Below are positions 1 to 12,559 of a stretch of DNA of 64,000 nt, one piece after another. Source of the DNA: Sphyrna mokarran (Eukaryota); assembly GCA_024679065.1 (NCBI GenBank), contig JAGIQG010000001.1, positions 111,724,001-111,788,000 on the forward strand. Reading direction: 5' to 3'. The first letter of the stretch is position 1. Every line of letters starts with the position of its first letter. The translations under genes and the position numbers were made by a program. Under the pieces are notes generated by a model that searched no databases, had not been told where the DNA came from, and saw only the letters and a program-made list of their open reading frames with translations.

Positions 1-749
1 CAATACATACAGTTTCATTTGTTTGAGGGCTTTTTATTCTAGTTTTGAGTAGCAGTTTTATCGGAGATGCCTGGCATCACGCAAGTTTGATGCATAAGGA
101 TGTTTGCAGAAGGGTATTAATGCCGTGTGATGACTACAAAAAGGTATTACCAGTTTTTAATCTGGAGTGGATTACCAGGATTTACCATAGTTTGATATAC
201 TTGCACTGAAGGTTTTTTTTTTATAATCATTTGAATCTTGCAATTTCAATAGAGTGACTTTCTAGACTTTTCCTTTTTGTTTTGTTCTACTTTGTGAGCA
301 AACAGCCTAATGCAAGTTCAAAAGGTGATCTGTAATGTACATTCACTTCACAGTGACAAGATAACTCAGGGGCCAAGTGTTTACCTGATTCCTAAGTGCT
401 GAGAAGTTTTAAGTGGGAGAACACTTCCAGTACCTAGTCTCTTGGCTGGATGCAAGATAATTCCAGCTAGGTTCAAAACAATATTTGAAAAGTCCTGAGT
501 GACTGTACACTTAGTATGGAATCTTTCTAATCTTAAATGGCATTTGTGATATAATCAGCACTCCCTCAATTAGAATCTAGCCCTGCAAGCATGGAGCTTC
601 TTTTCACTGTCTCGTCCAGTTCCTCTATAACAGTCTGCCAGTCATGTACATACACATACCAGTTTGAGGCCTGTAGCTACAAAATAACAGCAGTCAATTG
701 CTACTGAACACTGTAGCCTCGATGTTGGTGTCATACTAACAATTTTGAT

Positions 750-1015
750 CAAATACTGTGGATGCTAGGAATCTGAAATAAAATCAGAAAATTCTGAAAG
801 CAACTCAGCAGGTCTGGCAGCATCTGTGGAGAGAGAAACAGAGTTAATGTTTTGAGACCATGTGACTCTTCCTCAGAGTTAAAGAGAGGAAGAAATGTGA
901 GGATGGTATACTGAATCAGAGGGGTAGAGCAGCTGGAACAGAATAGAAGGTCAATGATCAGTGGGAGCTTGGAGAAATTGCAACAATGATACATGGGGCA
1001 CGTGCTAATTGATGT
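750..1015 (-). mobile_element. Old PLE-derived 3' terminus (second family)
   Basis: GCTGGAAA..CTCAGCAGGTCTGGCAGCATCTGTGGAGAG-like motif shared with 2143, 14215, 26400 and 44970. The minus strand has CTGAGGA-agagtcacatggtctc-AAAAC. Confidence 0.6.
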
Positions 1016-1539
1016 CAAACGGCATCACCAATACAAGGCATCATCGGTATAAGCAAGAATACGTCAAAAAGATGGATTATGCTTCATAATCACTCTATAT
1101 ATGAAGCCTGTTTTGAAATTTATTAAAATGTTACATAGCTAAAATAACAAGAACCTGTATTGGAAGAAAGAATTCTTGAACTCTAGTGCAATGCACACTC
1201 CTCCTTTAGAAAAAATAAATAAATTATATCGTGACATTGAATTCAACAAATCTGGTAATCTGTGGAATGGAAAATGATTATCAGAGCCGACTAGTTGTTA
1301 TAAAAAATCACCAGATTCACCAATGTCCTGTAGAGAAGGGACTCTGACATTTCCACTGACCGGAAGGTGATCCATGCCCTGCATAACAATAATAATCACA
1401 ACATCTATTTATGTAGCAGCTTCAATGTAATGAATATCTCAAGCTGCTTCATAGGACGATTAGGAAGCAAAAAAAAATGACAAGTGGTTGACTCTTATGC
1501 CCCTTGGGAGAGAATTAGTATCCTCTAAAAATAAAAAAG

Positions 1540-1865
1540 CATAAGAAATAGGACCAGAGGTAGGCTATTCAGCCTCTTAACCCTGCTCCCCCATTCATTA
1601 AGATTATGGCTGGTCTGATTGTAGCTTTAACTCCACTTTCCTGACTGCCTCCCTGTCATCCTTGACTCCCTTGTCAATCAAAAATACATCTAAGTCACCT
1701 TGGATATATTCAGTGACCCAACTTCTACAACCTTTTGGGGCAAATAATTCCAAACACTAGTGGTCCTCTGAGGGGAGCAATTACTCTTTATCTCCTTCTT
1801 AACTGGAAGGCTCCTGGTTTTGCAACTGCGCTCCAAGTATTAGATTCTCCCACAAGTTGGGAAAG
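1540..1865 (-). mobile_element. CR1 3' end fragment
   Basis: CATAAGAAATAGGA..GTAGGCTATTCAGCC tail and 3' UTR, like 36520 and 51130. Confidence 0.65.
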
Positions 1866-2142
1866 GGAAATAATAAAACATGGAAAAATAAATACAAAGA
1901 CCATCACTGTCAGAAGCCTCACCACCATCTTCTTAAAGTAATTCAAGATGGGCCCAAGGCCTTACTTTGTGTATTAAAAAAGGCCTTCCACCTTAAAACA
2001 GCAGATGCCTTCATCACCCAATTGCAGGCCACAATAAAAGTGACAGTGGACAGTATGTCAGTGTTAACGAGCTGGTAAGTCTACTGACACACCAGGCCAG
2101 TTAAGTGAAACATAAATGGTACTAATACAGCACACAAGAACC

Positions 2143-2420
2143 AAAAATGCTGGAAAATCTCAGCAGGCCTGATAACATCTGTGAGGAGAGAATAGAGCCA
2201 ACCTTTCGAGTCTATTGATCTTTTGTCAGAGCTGAGAGCAAAGAGAATCAGCAGAGATTTATACTATAAGCAGGGGAGTGGTGGTGCTGGTGGTGGTGGG
2301 GGGGGGGGGGGGGAAGGCAGCAGGGAGTGTGGTGGGTGGGGTTGGTCAGACCTGCTGAGATTTTCCAGCATTTTCAGTTTTTGTTTTAGATTCCAGCATC
2401 CACAGTATTTTGCTTTTATC
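2143..2420. mobile_element. Short inverted PLE-derived termini (second family)
   Basis: AAAAATGCTGGAAAATCTCAGCAGG at left and CCTGCTGAGATTTTCCAGCATTTTT at right. The minus strand has CTGACAA..GAAAGGTT. Confidence 0.65.
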
Positions 2421-3149
2421 CTAATGTAGTATAAATGATACTACATTGAATAGTCCTAAAAGGCTATACCCTGCGGCCAGGTATTTAGGAGAATCGTAAT
2501 ATGAGTAGGCCATTCAGCCCCTCAAGCGTGTTGCGCCCACCATTCAATGAAATCATGGCTGATTTTTCCAATACCATAGTTACCTGCTGTTCTTGCTCCT
2601 TTTCCTCTACAACACTGGGATTGTTTGTTACGCTGCCCTTGCTGTACAATTTACTGGCAGACTCTTCTAGAAAGTATATCTAATTCTGTTCGCTATCGGA
2701 ACTCAGCTGATGCTTTCAGCTTGAAACGGGAGATGTTAACTTGATGTCAGAAAGAATTCAATGCTGAATAAGTTTGTATGATGCATGTTAATTGTTGCTT
2801 GACAAGCAATTAAAAATCAAAATAAAAGCATTACCTGTGCTTTAAAGTGTATCAGGAATATTTATTCTCAGGAGCATGGGCAAAACTGGTCAATTAACAC
2901 CAATTCGCAAAATTGCAACGCCTTAACTTACAATTAACATGGGTGCTCGCTCCAATGCACAGAGCATATTAAACCCATGAATAAACTGCAGCATCAGAAA
3001 ATTATACATATTTCAAGGAATTGACAATAAGTCACATTTTATGAAGACCTGTGCTCCCAATGTGGCCCTGACAACTTTTACCTTTAACAGATCCAGGAAG
3101 CAATTAATACTTAAAAGGAATGAAAATAATGCGCATGGGAAAAGAAAGT

Positions 3150-3895
3150 GATCTGGAGGTCCCGGTGAATGATAAGTTGTAGTTATTAAAACAATGCTTG
3201 GTGACAGTAAAACAAATCAGCCATTTGGATGTATTAAAAGCTCAGTATTAAGTTGAAATAGTGTTGTAGCCCTGCCACTTTATAAATCAATAGTATGCCT
3301 GCACTTAAATTATTGTGTGCACTCTGGCTGCCACAGCGCAAAAAGGATAATGCAGCTATTGAAAGGATATAAGATTGAGTGACCAGAGTTATTGAGAGGA
3401 ATGCAGAGACTGGATTATCATGGAGTGATTTTGTAAATTGAACGTATTCTCACCAGAAAAAAGAATGTTGAGGCGTGTTTTGATTGCTATTTTTAGGATT
3501 TTAAAAGGACTAGATAATGTAGATTGTGGCAAACTGTTTCCCCTTGTCCAGAACAGAGAACACAAGCTCACTTAAAGGGGTGTAAATTATAAATTAATCT
3601 AATTAAACAAATCTGCGGTGAGTGAGTGGTAATCCTATGGAATAGACTCCCTAGTGAGACGGCATGTAGTAGCTGTAGCATTTGTGAGAAGCAAAAAGTG
3701 ACTTTGGACCTTTGGTTCCACCAGTGAGGTTTTCATTGTGTCATTTTCTGGGATGTTGTCGACTAATTGATAGAGATTGATTGCCATGATTAGTCAACAA
3801 CTTCATTATTGTTGTGTCATGAGATTATCAGCGTAAGAGAAGGTGAACTACATGGACTGTGCTCTTTAATCATTCAGCGATTCCTATGTTCTTAT
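3150..3895 (+). mobile_element. Old CR1 3' remnant
   Basis: LPLYKSIV.LHLNYCV-like segment at 3270-3330; tail TTCCTATGTTCTTATG. Confidence 0.65.
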
Positions 3896-4964
3896 GTCCC
3901 TATATACATACGACAGTATGAACTAAAAGCATGTTTTATCAGTTGTTGTCCAATTGTCTTTTGTAATCATGTATGCACTTGATGGCATATTCAGCCTTAG
4001 CTTTAGACTCAATCTTGTAACCTTTATTCTGCTAACCAAGAAAATACAGAAAAAAAATGTCCGAGATGAAACTAAGTATTTTGACTCCAGTATTTTCAGG
4101 ATGAACTAATCAAGTCGCAGCAGAGTTAACAACTGCACACAATGTAATGCTAATCCACCATGACAGTACTGGCAGCTCCAGGCTCAGAATTTGGTGCTGC
4201 ATTTCTGATTGTAGTAATGTGGATGTGGCATTAGAATCTAAGTATAAGGTTGGTGCAATTTGGCCGCTTCAGTGCAGTTCCTACTGGGCTTGAGTTCAAA
4301 GTGCAAAAACCTAACCGGAATCTGGGACTCTATATGAGACCCTGGGGGAAGGTTTCCTTTGGGCATTATGCATTTGCAGCACTGGACATAGCAAAATGAT
4401 TTCCTTTTGCATAACTACTAGCAAAATCATGAAAAAGAATGTGTTTATGAGTTTGCTAAAAATAGCAACCTGATGAAACCTTACACTAATTATATTGTCA
4501 GGCTTGCTGAAAAGCAGTGCTTGAAAATAAAATGGGTAGAAAAGAGGGAAATGTTCCTAGGATTTATATTGCTTAACTGAATGATCTCAAACAGCTACCT
4601 TTCCCTCCTCTTCATGTAACAGATTAAAAAGTAAAGGAAGGGCCAGTTCGCTACTGTTTCCTTTGGCGACACACATTTCAATATCCTCTAAGTTGCTGCA
4701 AATAAACTGAACATCTAAGTGCTAGGAATTTCTTCAGGTCCCTGTAGCTGATGATAATCTCACATTGAGCGAGTGTAGATTTTTAGAGGAAAATGACACT
4801 ATTAGTAAAGCACACTAATATTTCTACCGAATGATGCACACAGAGGAAATCAATTGAAAAGCAATCGCAAATTGTCACTTTCAAGTTATGAACTAAGCCT
4901 ACTGTTTTAGGGGAAGGCAATCCTTTAGTTTAGTATGGTCAAAATGGCTGACAGAAAAGATCAA

Positions 4965-5161
4965 GGGTGAGATTCTCCAGCTTCCCAGCCATGTGTTTCC
5001 TGTCAGTGGGAGGTGGTTCATTGTTCGTTAAAAACCGGCGGGATTCTCTGGTCCTGTCACTGTCACGTCACCCCACGCTGGTAGGATACCTGCAGGCAGA
5101 GATGCACTGCTGGTGGAACCGGAGAATCCCGCCGGTATGAATGGCCAGAGAACTCTGACCC
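4965..5161. mobile_element. Palindromic MITE (GGGC.G.ATTCTCC-type termini)
   Basis: Outer GGGTGAGATTCTCC../..AGAGAACTCTGACCC and inner CCGGCGGGATTCTC/GAGAATCCCGCCGG inverted repeats. Relatives at about 11666, 11914, 16020, 21003, 30291, 53290, 55500 and 61010. Confidence 0.65.
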
Positions 5162-5242
5162 AATGGTTCGGATATTAAAGAGCTAAAGGAATACGTGTAC
5201 AGATTGCTCATCCTTACTTCATCCCTTCCAGTTTAAAGATTA

Positions 5243-5400
5243 TGTTTATTTATTGGTGTCTCAGTTAGGCTTACATTAACATCGCAATGAAGTTCCTGTA
5301 AAAATTCTGTAGCCGCCACGTTCCGGTGCATTGTTCGGAGAATGCAGATCCCTGGCACTGTGAGGCAAGAGTGCTTACCAGTGTGCCACTGTGCCACCCC
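5243..5400 (-). mobile_element. Internally deleted SINE with alternative tail
   Basis: Head and tail joined, core missing. Confidence 0.65.
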
Positions 5401-6299
5401 AACCATCTCAGTTGCCATTTATTCTGATATCTGCAACAGCTTTGGGATCATTTGTTCCTTCTGATCATCAACTTAACTTTGAAGTCCTCCATTTGCATGA
5501 CAAAATACAGCACGACCACTTTGAACGTAAGACATAAAGTTAGTCACCAGCTATAGTCCAAAACACGTGATGATAGATCAGCGGGTCATTTTATATCTCT
5601 CTGATTTTTGTTTCCATTGACTTTAACATTAGGCCTATCTTTGTCTTCCCAAATATGCTACAGTTAGCACATATCACATTTCAAATTACTCACATGCTGT
5701 ATTCTAAATACAACTTTCTGAAACAAAATCTAATTTGAATTTGCTATTTTCTCCTGATTTTTGAAAAAGGTTTGCATCCTGAAAGTTATTGCCCTCCTAT
5801 GCTAACAGGACAGTGAATGGTAAGATTAGAATAAAAAGGCCACCAAGAATAAAAACAACGTAAGAATAATTCACTAGCTGCTGGAACAAGGTTCCACAGC
5901 TTCCCTGGTCCCATTGTGAACCTCCAATTTTGAATATTAGATAAGAAAGATCTAAAAATGACTTTCCATTCCTAAGTAAATGTGGCAGAAATAATTCATA
6001 ATAACATCATAAATACAGGATTTCGACAATTGTCATTAAATTCAATACCTTGTGACAAGAAAACAACTTTTATCATTTTTGCTCAGGCTAATGAGAGAGT
6101 TACCCAGCACATTTTGGATAATCTAACCTCATGGCACATCACTTTTACTCCTCAACTTGTTGGATTCCTAGTTATTGTAGCAGGTGAGTTGCAGACAGGT
6201 AGGAATGCCCAACTTTTAGACCAGCCTGGCCGGGGAATTCCACATTGAGTGTAGGAATGTGATAGCTGGTGGGTGACAGGAGGGTGGAGGGGGACATCA

Positions 6300-6613
6300 A
6301 GACAGAAAGTCAGATTTTCGAAGTGGATAAATTTTAAAAAGTGTTAAAAATGATTGATAAGATAAAAAGAAGAAATAAAATAAAATAAATGGAAATAGGG
6401 TGAAGATGTAGGACAGAGTTCATGCTATGAAATTGTTAAGCTCAATGTTCAGTCTGGAAAGCTTTAAATTGCCTAATGGGAAGATGAATTGTTGTTCTAT
6501 TTTATGTTGAGCTTCACTGGAACATTGTGAAATGCCAAGGATGAACGTCTGTACAGGAAAGCAGGGTGTGTGTTGAAATGGCAAGAGATAAGAAGGTCTG
6601 GGTCCTGCATGTG
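6300..6613 (-). mobile_element. Old Penelope-like remnant (different family), target of the young insertion
   Basis: The minus strand translates to QCSSEAQHKIEQQFIFPLGNLKLSRLNIELNNF, resembling a PLE GIY-YIG C-terminus. Confidence 0.6.
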
Positions 6614-6647
6614 ATGTAAAGATGCCGGCGTTGGATTGGAGTGGTAA

Positions 6648-7428
6648 GAACTCAGTAAGAATTTAGCAACACCAATTATTAATCCAACCGATTTATTTGA
6701 TAGTAAAATAGCGAGCTTTCAACACTCCCGTGTCTTCATCAGGCAAGTGCAGTGTTCTGGTCTGCAATAGCACACATCAGCACAGACAGTCAGAGATTGC
6801 TGATTAGAATGCGAATCCTTACATCTAACCTGCTATTCAAGTGTTAAAGTGGCTAACAATGTGTGTGAAGGGGATCCTGAGCATTGTTAGAGAATTGTGT
6901 ATTTTCTCCAGACAGCACAGTAAGTGAGGTTTTTTGCTAACCCAGGCAAGTTACGGGGGTTACAGATAGTGTGTCATGAAGCCAAGATCCCTGTTAAGAC
7001 CGTCCTCATGTGTGCGGAGCTTGGCTATCAGTCTCTGTTCAGCGACTCTGCGCTGTCGTGTATCACGAAAGCCCCCTTGAAGAACATTTACCCGCAGGTC
7101 GGAGGCCGAATGCCCATGACTGCTGAAGTGTTCGCCCACAGGAAGGGAACTGTTTTGCCTGGTGATTGTTGAGCGATGCTCATTCATCCGCTGTCGTAGT
7201 GTTTGCATGGTCTCCCCAATATACCATGCTTCGGGACATCCTTTCTTGCAACGTATTAGGTAGACAACGTTGGCCGAGTTGCAAGAGTATGTACCGTGTA
7301 CCTGGTGAATGGTATCCTCACGTTTGATGATGTCGTCCATGTCTATGATCTGGCATGTCTTGCAGAGGTTGCTGTGGCAGGGTTGTGTGGTATTGTGGTC
7401 ACTGTTCTCCTGAAGGTTGGGTAGTTTG
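6648..7428 (-). repeat. Inverted pseudo-LTR: copy of the GIY-YIG coding end and 3' UTR
   Basis: ORF 6960..7724(-) ends with the same ~155 aa as the main ORF (one Q/R difference). ORFs 6924..7172(+) and 9391..9639(-) are identical. Confidence 0.96.
6708..6747 (-). ncRNA. Hammerhead ribozyme motif, copy in the inverted arm
   Basis: Reverse complement of 9815-9854. Confidence 0.7.
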
Positions 7429-9603
7429 AGCCGAGGGTTCAATTTCTGTCCCACCACCAAAATGGATCCCATCAGTCTCGCAGCGGACACAGAGGAATTC
7501 ATCAGGCGAATGAGGCTGCGTGAGTTCTTCCACGAACCCCAAGAGGCCAATAGTGGACTCAATGAGATAGCGAATGAACCAGAACAGCCGACAGAGGGAT
7601 CCGCAGTGCAGCAACCGAAGAGGAATGAATCCAATTGGACTCCTCCGGAAGGCCGCTGCCCCCGACTGGACATGTATGCCCAAGCCATCAGGAGGTGTGT
7701 GAACACCAGATTCATCAACCGCACTTACAAGACAGTCCCGAACATCACCCAAGCACAAAGCAAGGCCATCCGTGCTCTCAAGACCAACCGCAACATTGTC
7801 ATCAAACCAGCAGACAAAGGAGGCGCCACCGTCATACTGAACAGAACGGACTACTGTGAAGAAGTGTACCGACAACTAAACAATGAGAAACACTACAGAC
7901 AGTTACCAGCAGATCCAACCAAAGAACACACTCGTCAACTCAACACTCTGATCAAAACCTTTGATCCGGACCTTCAGAACACCCTCCGGGCTCTCATTCC
8001 ACGTACTCCCCGCATTGGAGATCTCTACTGCCTTCCAAAGATACACAAGGCAAACATACCCGGCCGTCCCATCGTATCGGGCAACGGGACCCTGTGTGAA
8101 AACCTCTCCGGCTATATCGAGGGCATCCTGAAACCCATCGTACAAAGAACCCCCAGCTTTTGTCTTGACACTACGGACTTCCTGCAGAAACTCAGCACAC
8201 ATGGAGCAGTGGAAACAGGGACACTCCTTGTCACAATGGATGTCTCGGCGCTCTACACCAACATCCCCCACGACGATGGTATTGCTGCAACTGCCTCAGT
8301 ACTCAATGCCAACAACTGCCAGTTTCCAGATGCAATTTTACAACTCATCCGCTTCATCTTGGACCACAATGTCTTCACCTTCAACAATCAGCTTTTCATC
8401 CAGACACACGGAACAGCCATGGGGACCAAATTCGCACCTCAGTATGCCAACATCTTCATGCACAGGTTCGAACAAGACTTCTTCACCACACAAGATCTCC
8501 AACCAAGGTTATATACTAGATACATTGATGACATCTTTTTCCTTTGGACTCATGGTGAACAATCATTGAAACAACTGTATGATGATATCAACAAGTTCCA
8601 TCCCACCATCAGACTCACCATGGACTATTCTCCAGAATCAGTTGCATTCTTGGACACACGCATCTCCATCAAGGACGGTCACCTCAGCACCTCACTGTAC
8701 CGCAAACCGACAGACAACCTCACAATGCTCCACTTCTCCAGCTTCCACCCTAGACACGTTAAAGAAGCCATTCCCTATGGACAAGCCCTCCGTATACACA
8801 GAATTTGCTCAGATGAGGAGGATCGTGACAGACACCTCCAGACACTGAAGGATGCACTCGTGAGAACAGGATATGGCGCTCGACTCATCGATCGACAGTT
8901 CCAATGTGCCACAACGATAAACCGCACTGATCTCCTCAGAAGACGAACACGGGACACGGTGGACAGAGTACCCTTTGTTGTCCAGTACTTCCCCGGAGCG
9001 GAGAAGCTACGACATCTTCTCCGGAGTCTTCAACATATCATTGATGACGATGAACATCTCGCTAGGGCCATCCCCACCCCCCCACTTCTTGCTTTCAGAC
9101 AACCGCACAACCTCAAACAGATCATTGTTCGCAGCAAACTACCCAACCTTCAGGAGAACAGTGACCACAATACCACACAACCCTGCCACAGCAACCTCTG
9201 CAAGACATGCCGGATCATAGACATGGACGACATCATCAAACGTGAGGATACCATTCACCAGGTGCACGGTACATACTCTTGCAACTCGGCCAACGTTGTC
9301 TACCTAATACGTTGCAAGAAAGGATGTCCCGAAGCATGGTATATTGGGGAGACCATGCAAACACTACGACAGCGGATGAATGAGCATCGCTCAACAATCA
9401 CCAGGCAAAACAGTTCCCTTCCTGTGGGCGAACACTTCAGCAGTCATGGGCATTCGGCCTCCGACCTGCGGGTAAATGTTCTTCAAGGGGGCTTTCGTGA
9501 TACACGACAGCGCAGAGTCGCTGAACAGAGACTGATAGCCAAGCTCCGCACACATGAGGACGGTCTTAACAGGGATCTTGGCTTCATGACACACTATCTG
9601 TAA
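7417..9603 (+). CDS. Penelope-like element ORF: reverse transcriptase plus C-terminal GIY-YIG endonuclease, 5'-truncated
   Basis: 728-aa open frame with PLE motifs LSRGFNFCP, IKPADKGG, LYCLPKIHK..PGRPIVS, TMDVSALYTNI, QTHGTAMG..FAP.YANIFM, YTRYIDDIF, FLD, LYRKPT, then CKTC and VVYLIRC..C...YIGET..LRQRMNEH. The annotated TTG start lies inside the inverted arm; element sequence starts at ~7429 and the first in-frame ATG is at 7462. Confidence 0.96.
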   Translation: MGSLSRGFNFCPTTKMDPISLAADTEEFIRRMRLREFFHEPQEANSGLNEIANEPEQPTEGSAVQQPKRNESNWTPPEGRCPRLDMYAQAIRRCVNTRFINRTYKTVPNITQAQSKAIRALKTNRNIVIKPADKGGATVILNRTDYCEEVYRQLNNEKHYRQLPADPTKEHTRQLNTLIKTFDPDLQNTLRALIPRTPRIGDLYCLPKIHKANIPGRPIVSGNGTLCENLSGYIEGILKPIVQRTPSFCLDTTDFLQKLSTHGAVETGTLLVTMDVSALYTNIPHDDGIAATASVLNANNCQFPDAILQLIRFILDHNVFTFNNQLFIQTHGTAMGTKFAPQYANIFMHRFEQDFFTTQDLQPRLYTRYIDDIFFLWTHGEQSLKQLYDDINKFHPTIRLTMDYSPESVAFLDTRISIKDGHLSTSLYRKPTDNLTMLHFSSFHPRHVKEAIPYGQALRIHRICSDEEDRDRHLQTLKDALVRTGYGARLIDRQFQCATTINRTDLLRRRTRDTVDRVPFVVQYFPGAEKLRHLLRSLQHIIDDDEHLARAIPTPPLLAFRQPHNLKQIIVRSKLPNLQENSDHNTTQPCHSNLCKTCRIIDMDDIIKREDTIHQVHGTYSCNSANVVYLIRCKKGCPEAWYIGETMQTLRQRMNEHRSTITRQNSSLPVGEHFSSHGHSASDLRVNVLQGGFRDTRQRRVAEQRLIAKLRTHEDGLNRDLGFMTHYL

Positions 9604-9814
9604 CCCCCGTAACTTGCCTGGGTTAGCAAAAAACCTCACTTACTGTGCTGTCTGGAGAAAATACACACTCTCTAACAATGCTCAGGATCCCCTTCACACA
9701 CATTGTTAGCCACTTTAACACTTGAATAGCAGGTTAGATGTAAGGATTCGCATTCTAATCAGCAATCTCTGACTGTCTGTGCTGATGTGTGCTATTGCAG
9801 ACCAGAACACTGCA

Positions 9815-9854
9815 CTTGCCTGATGAAGACACGGGAGTGTTGAAAGCTCGCTAT
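9815..9854 (+). ncRNA. Minimal type I hammerhead ribozyme motif in PLE 3' UTR
   Basis: ttgc-CTGATGA-a-gacac ggga gtgtt-GAAA-gc-TC-gcta: both catalytic boxes, a 5-bp stem II and a palindromic AGCT in place of stem III. Stem I is weak in this copy. Confidence 0.72.
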
Positions 9855-12559
9855 TTTACTATCAAATAAATCGGTTGGATTAATAATTGGTGTTGCTAAA
9901 TTCTTACTGAGTTCCTGCATGTGGACAGACCTTTGGTTCACAATGTTGCTTTTAGCACCATTCCTATCCTTTATCATCACCTTTAACTCTTCTTTGTCTA
10001 TGCCATCCCTATTAATTATAATCACCCCCTCTCCCCAGCTACATAACACATCTTTGCAAAGAGGCCCAGCCTGAGGACTATGGTTTAGGGAAAGCCAGAA
10101 AAGTGTAATGCATGAGGAGCTCAGACCCAATCCAAAGAGATGGCTGGAATGACAAAGGGTCTACGCCCTCCATGCAAGCTGCCAATCTCCAGCTTCCCTT
10201 CCTTGTGCTTCAGAGTTCGACATGGAAAACCACTGACCATAGGCACAACTGTAAAAGTTGGTTATTGCACTCCACCTTTAAACAAAAGTGAACTGGATGC
10301 CATGGGATTCTCGTGAGCCATTGATTTTAACATGATGTTTGGACGTAATTACAAAATGTTTCAATATAATGAGTATTTGTGGCATGTAAATGGATTGTAA
10401 ACAGGAGCTTGCCATGGGACAGCACTCAGCCTGACCTGCCACAAATGCAGTGCTGAGTTCATCTCTAAATTTTAACCTGCTGCTGGAAGAGTAAAATTTC
10501 AGTCCCGGCCTAATTAAGTCTCTTGCCTGCCACGTTTCCTGTTCTTTCAAGTCCCATAACAGCCCCTCCCCCACCCCCCACCAGCAACTCCCCAGCAAAA
10601 CAAACATGTGAGAGACTGAGGTAAAGTTATGAATGTTATTTTTGAATTATGATTGATACAGATTGTTGATAGTTGAGTTTTGGGGCTGTGGTGTTTGAAG
10701 CAGTGCCTGAACCTCATGGTGCAGCAGTAAGGTTATAGTATTTAAACATGCAGTTCATTCACCTTGATCTCCCATGGAGGATATTGAACTTCTTGCTTCT
10801 ACGTTATGGGGCTAGACTGTTGGCATTGACCGTGATGTGGAGGATGCTGGGACACTGGGTAAATTTAAGGAGGAGTTAGACAGATTTTTAATTGGTAATG
10901 AGTTGAAGAGTATGGGAAGAAGGCGGGAAAATGGAAATGCGGAGCATAATAGCCGTGATCAAATGGCAGACTGGACTCAATGGGCCGAATGGTCTAATTC
11001 TGCTTCCATATCTGATGAACTTATAAATTTTTGAGGCATTACACCCAATCGTGATCAGATGCTGCACTTTAGTCAAAAGGCCAAGATGATTTTGATAAAT
11101 TGCATTTGGTAATGCCTCAGTTTAACCTCCCATGATCCTTGACTCAACCCTAGCCTGGGAAAAACTACAATTGCAGGCATCCAGAGTGCATTGGACTAAC
11201 TTCCTCTCCTGCATGGTTGAGAAACCTGATCCTTGGCTGTTCCCCAGTCTTTGTGTTGCTTGCATTGGAGGTAACCAGCGGTGGTTAATGACCTACCATT
11301 TTATTGTCTTATCCATTTGGATTCTATTTGAAAGGAAGGAAACAGCTGACAACAGGCCAAGAAAAGCAACTTTTTCATTAACTTTCATACAAGTAACATT
11401 CTGAATGAATTAGTGATTAATTAAAATCAAAATACTTAATTTATTGGTTTTCAATCTTCTGGCGATTGTAAAACACCACTGGTGTTTTGTTCCGACACTT
11501 GATAAGACTTGCTGTTCTGCAAACTAATAAAGGATTAATCAATGAAAGCATGAAGACTCATGGTAGTAAATTATAATGGAGTCAAAATAACTGGTGAGAT
11601 ATTGATCATAAAAAGCAAACACTAGTAGGTTTAATAAGATTATTTTACACATTGCAAAAATTGATGGGCTGAATTCTCTGGCTGCGTTGGTCGAAAAGCC
11701 AGATATTCCTGCTCAACTGTTAATGGGCCTTCACATTGTTTGCAACCCACCTGCTACAACTGCAGTGGCGGACAGGATGGGAGATCTATTTTAAGGTTGA
11801 GGTTATTTAACCAACTAAAACTAGGGACTGTAACAACAAAATTTGGTGTATAAATTGTAATATTTACATTTGCTTAGGAACAATAGGGCTCATTATAACT
11901 TTCAGTAAGTAAGGGTGCGATTCTCCCATTGTGACTTGCAACTTTTCTGGCAGGCCAGGCTGGGAAATGTGTGTTATCAGCCCTTTTCTGGGATTTGCAC
12001 ATGCACCAGGAACATATGCACATCTCCCAGAGCTGGAGAATAGTTGGAGTCCAGACCATGTTGGAAATCAACGGGAAAAGGGATAAGTGATTTGAATCTT
12101 TTTTTAATGTAGTTTAAATATGTTTAGCATTTCATTAACAGTAACTTGCCAGTCCTGATTGAACCTCTCATCCCACCAGGAATACTTCATTCCGGTGGGG
12201 TTTAGAGTAGCTGCCAATGTTCAGGGAACTAGCGGGAGATCCTGCCGGAATGAAGAGGGGGGAAATCAGGCCTCCCGAGGGGTTTGGGCCCTGGAGGAGC
12301 CTCGATTGCCTCTCCTTCATTTTGGTGGGGTCTTCCGAGGGGCAAAGTGCCCATGCCCATTGGATGGTCAATGCAATTGCTCTGCTCACTGTCTGCCCAA
12401 TTTACCACGATTGAAAATCAGCCACAGTGTTATTTAAGTCGCATCTCTCACCATCCTGAAAATGTGCTCCAACTTACAGGAAATGTGTATCAGAAGACTA
12501 TGGTCTTCTGAAGGAGTCATCCCCGCTGTGACACCCTGATTATCTTCTCAATCACCCTC

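Larger units (their letters stand above)
6614..9912 (+). mobile_element. Young Penelope-like retroelement insertion with inverted 5' copy of its 3' end
   Basis: Left arm 6648-7428 is the reverse complement of 9135-9914 with about three differences seen. Flanked by the direct repeat TCCTGCATGTG at 6603-6613 and 9913-9923. Confidence 0.95.

Noticed and set aside
6960-7724. 254-aa minus-strand ORF as a standalone GIY-YIG nuclease gene
   Set aside because: It is a by-product of the inversion: antisense of the RT N-terminal region fused in frame to the inverted endonuclease end. There is no independent evidence of expression.
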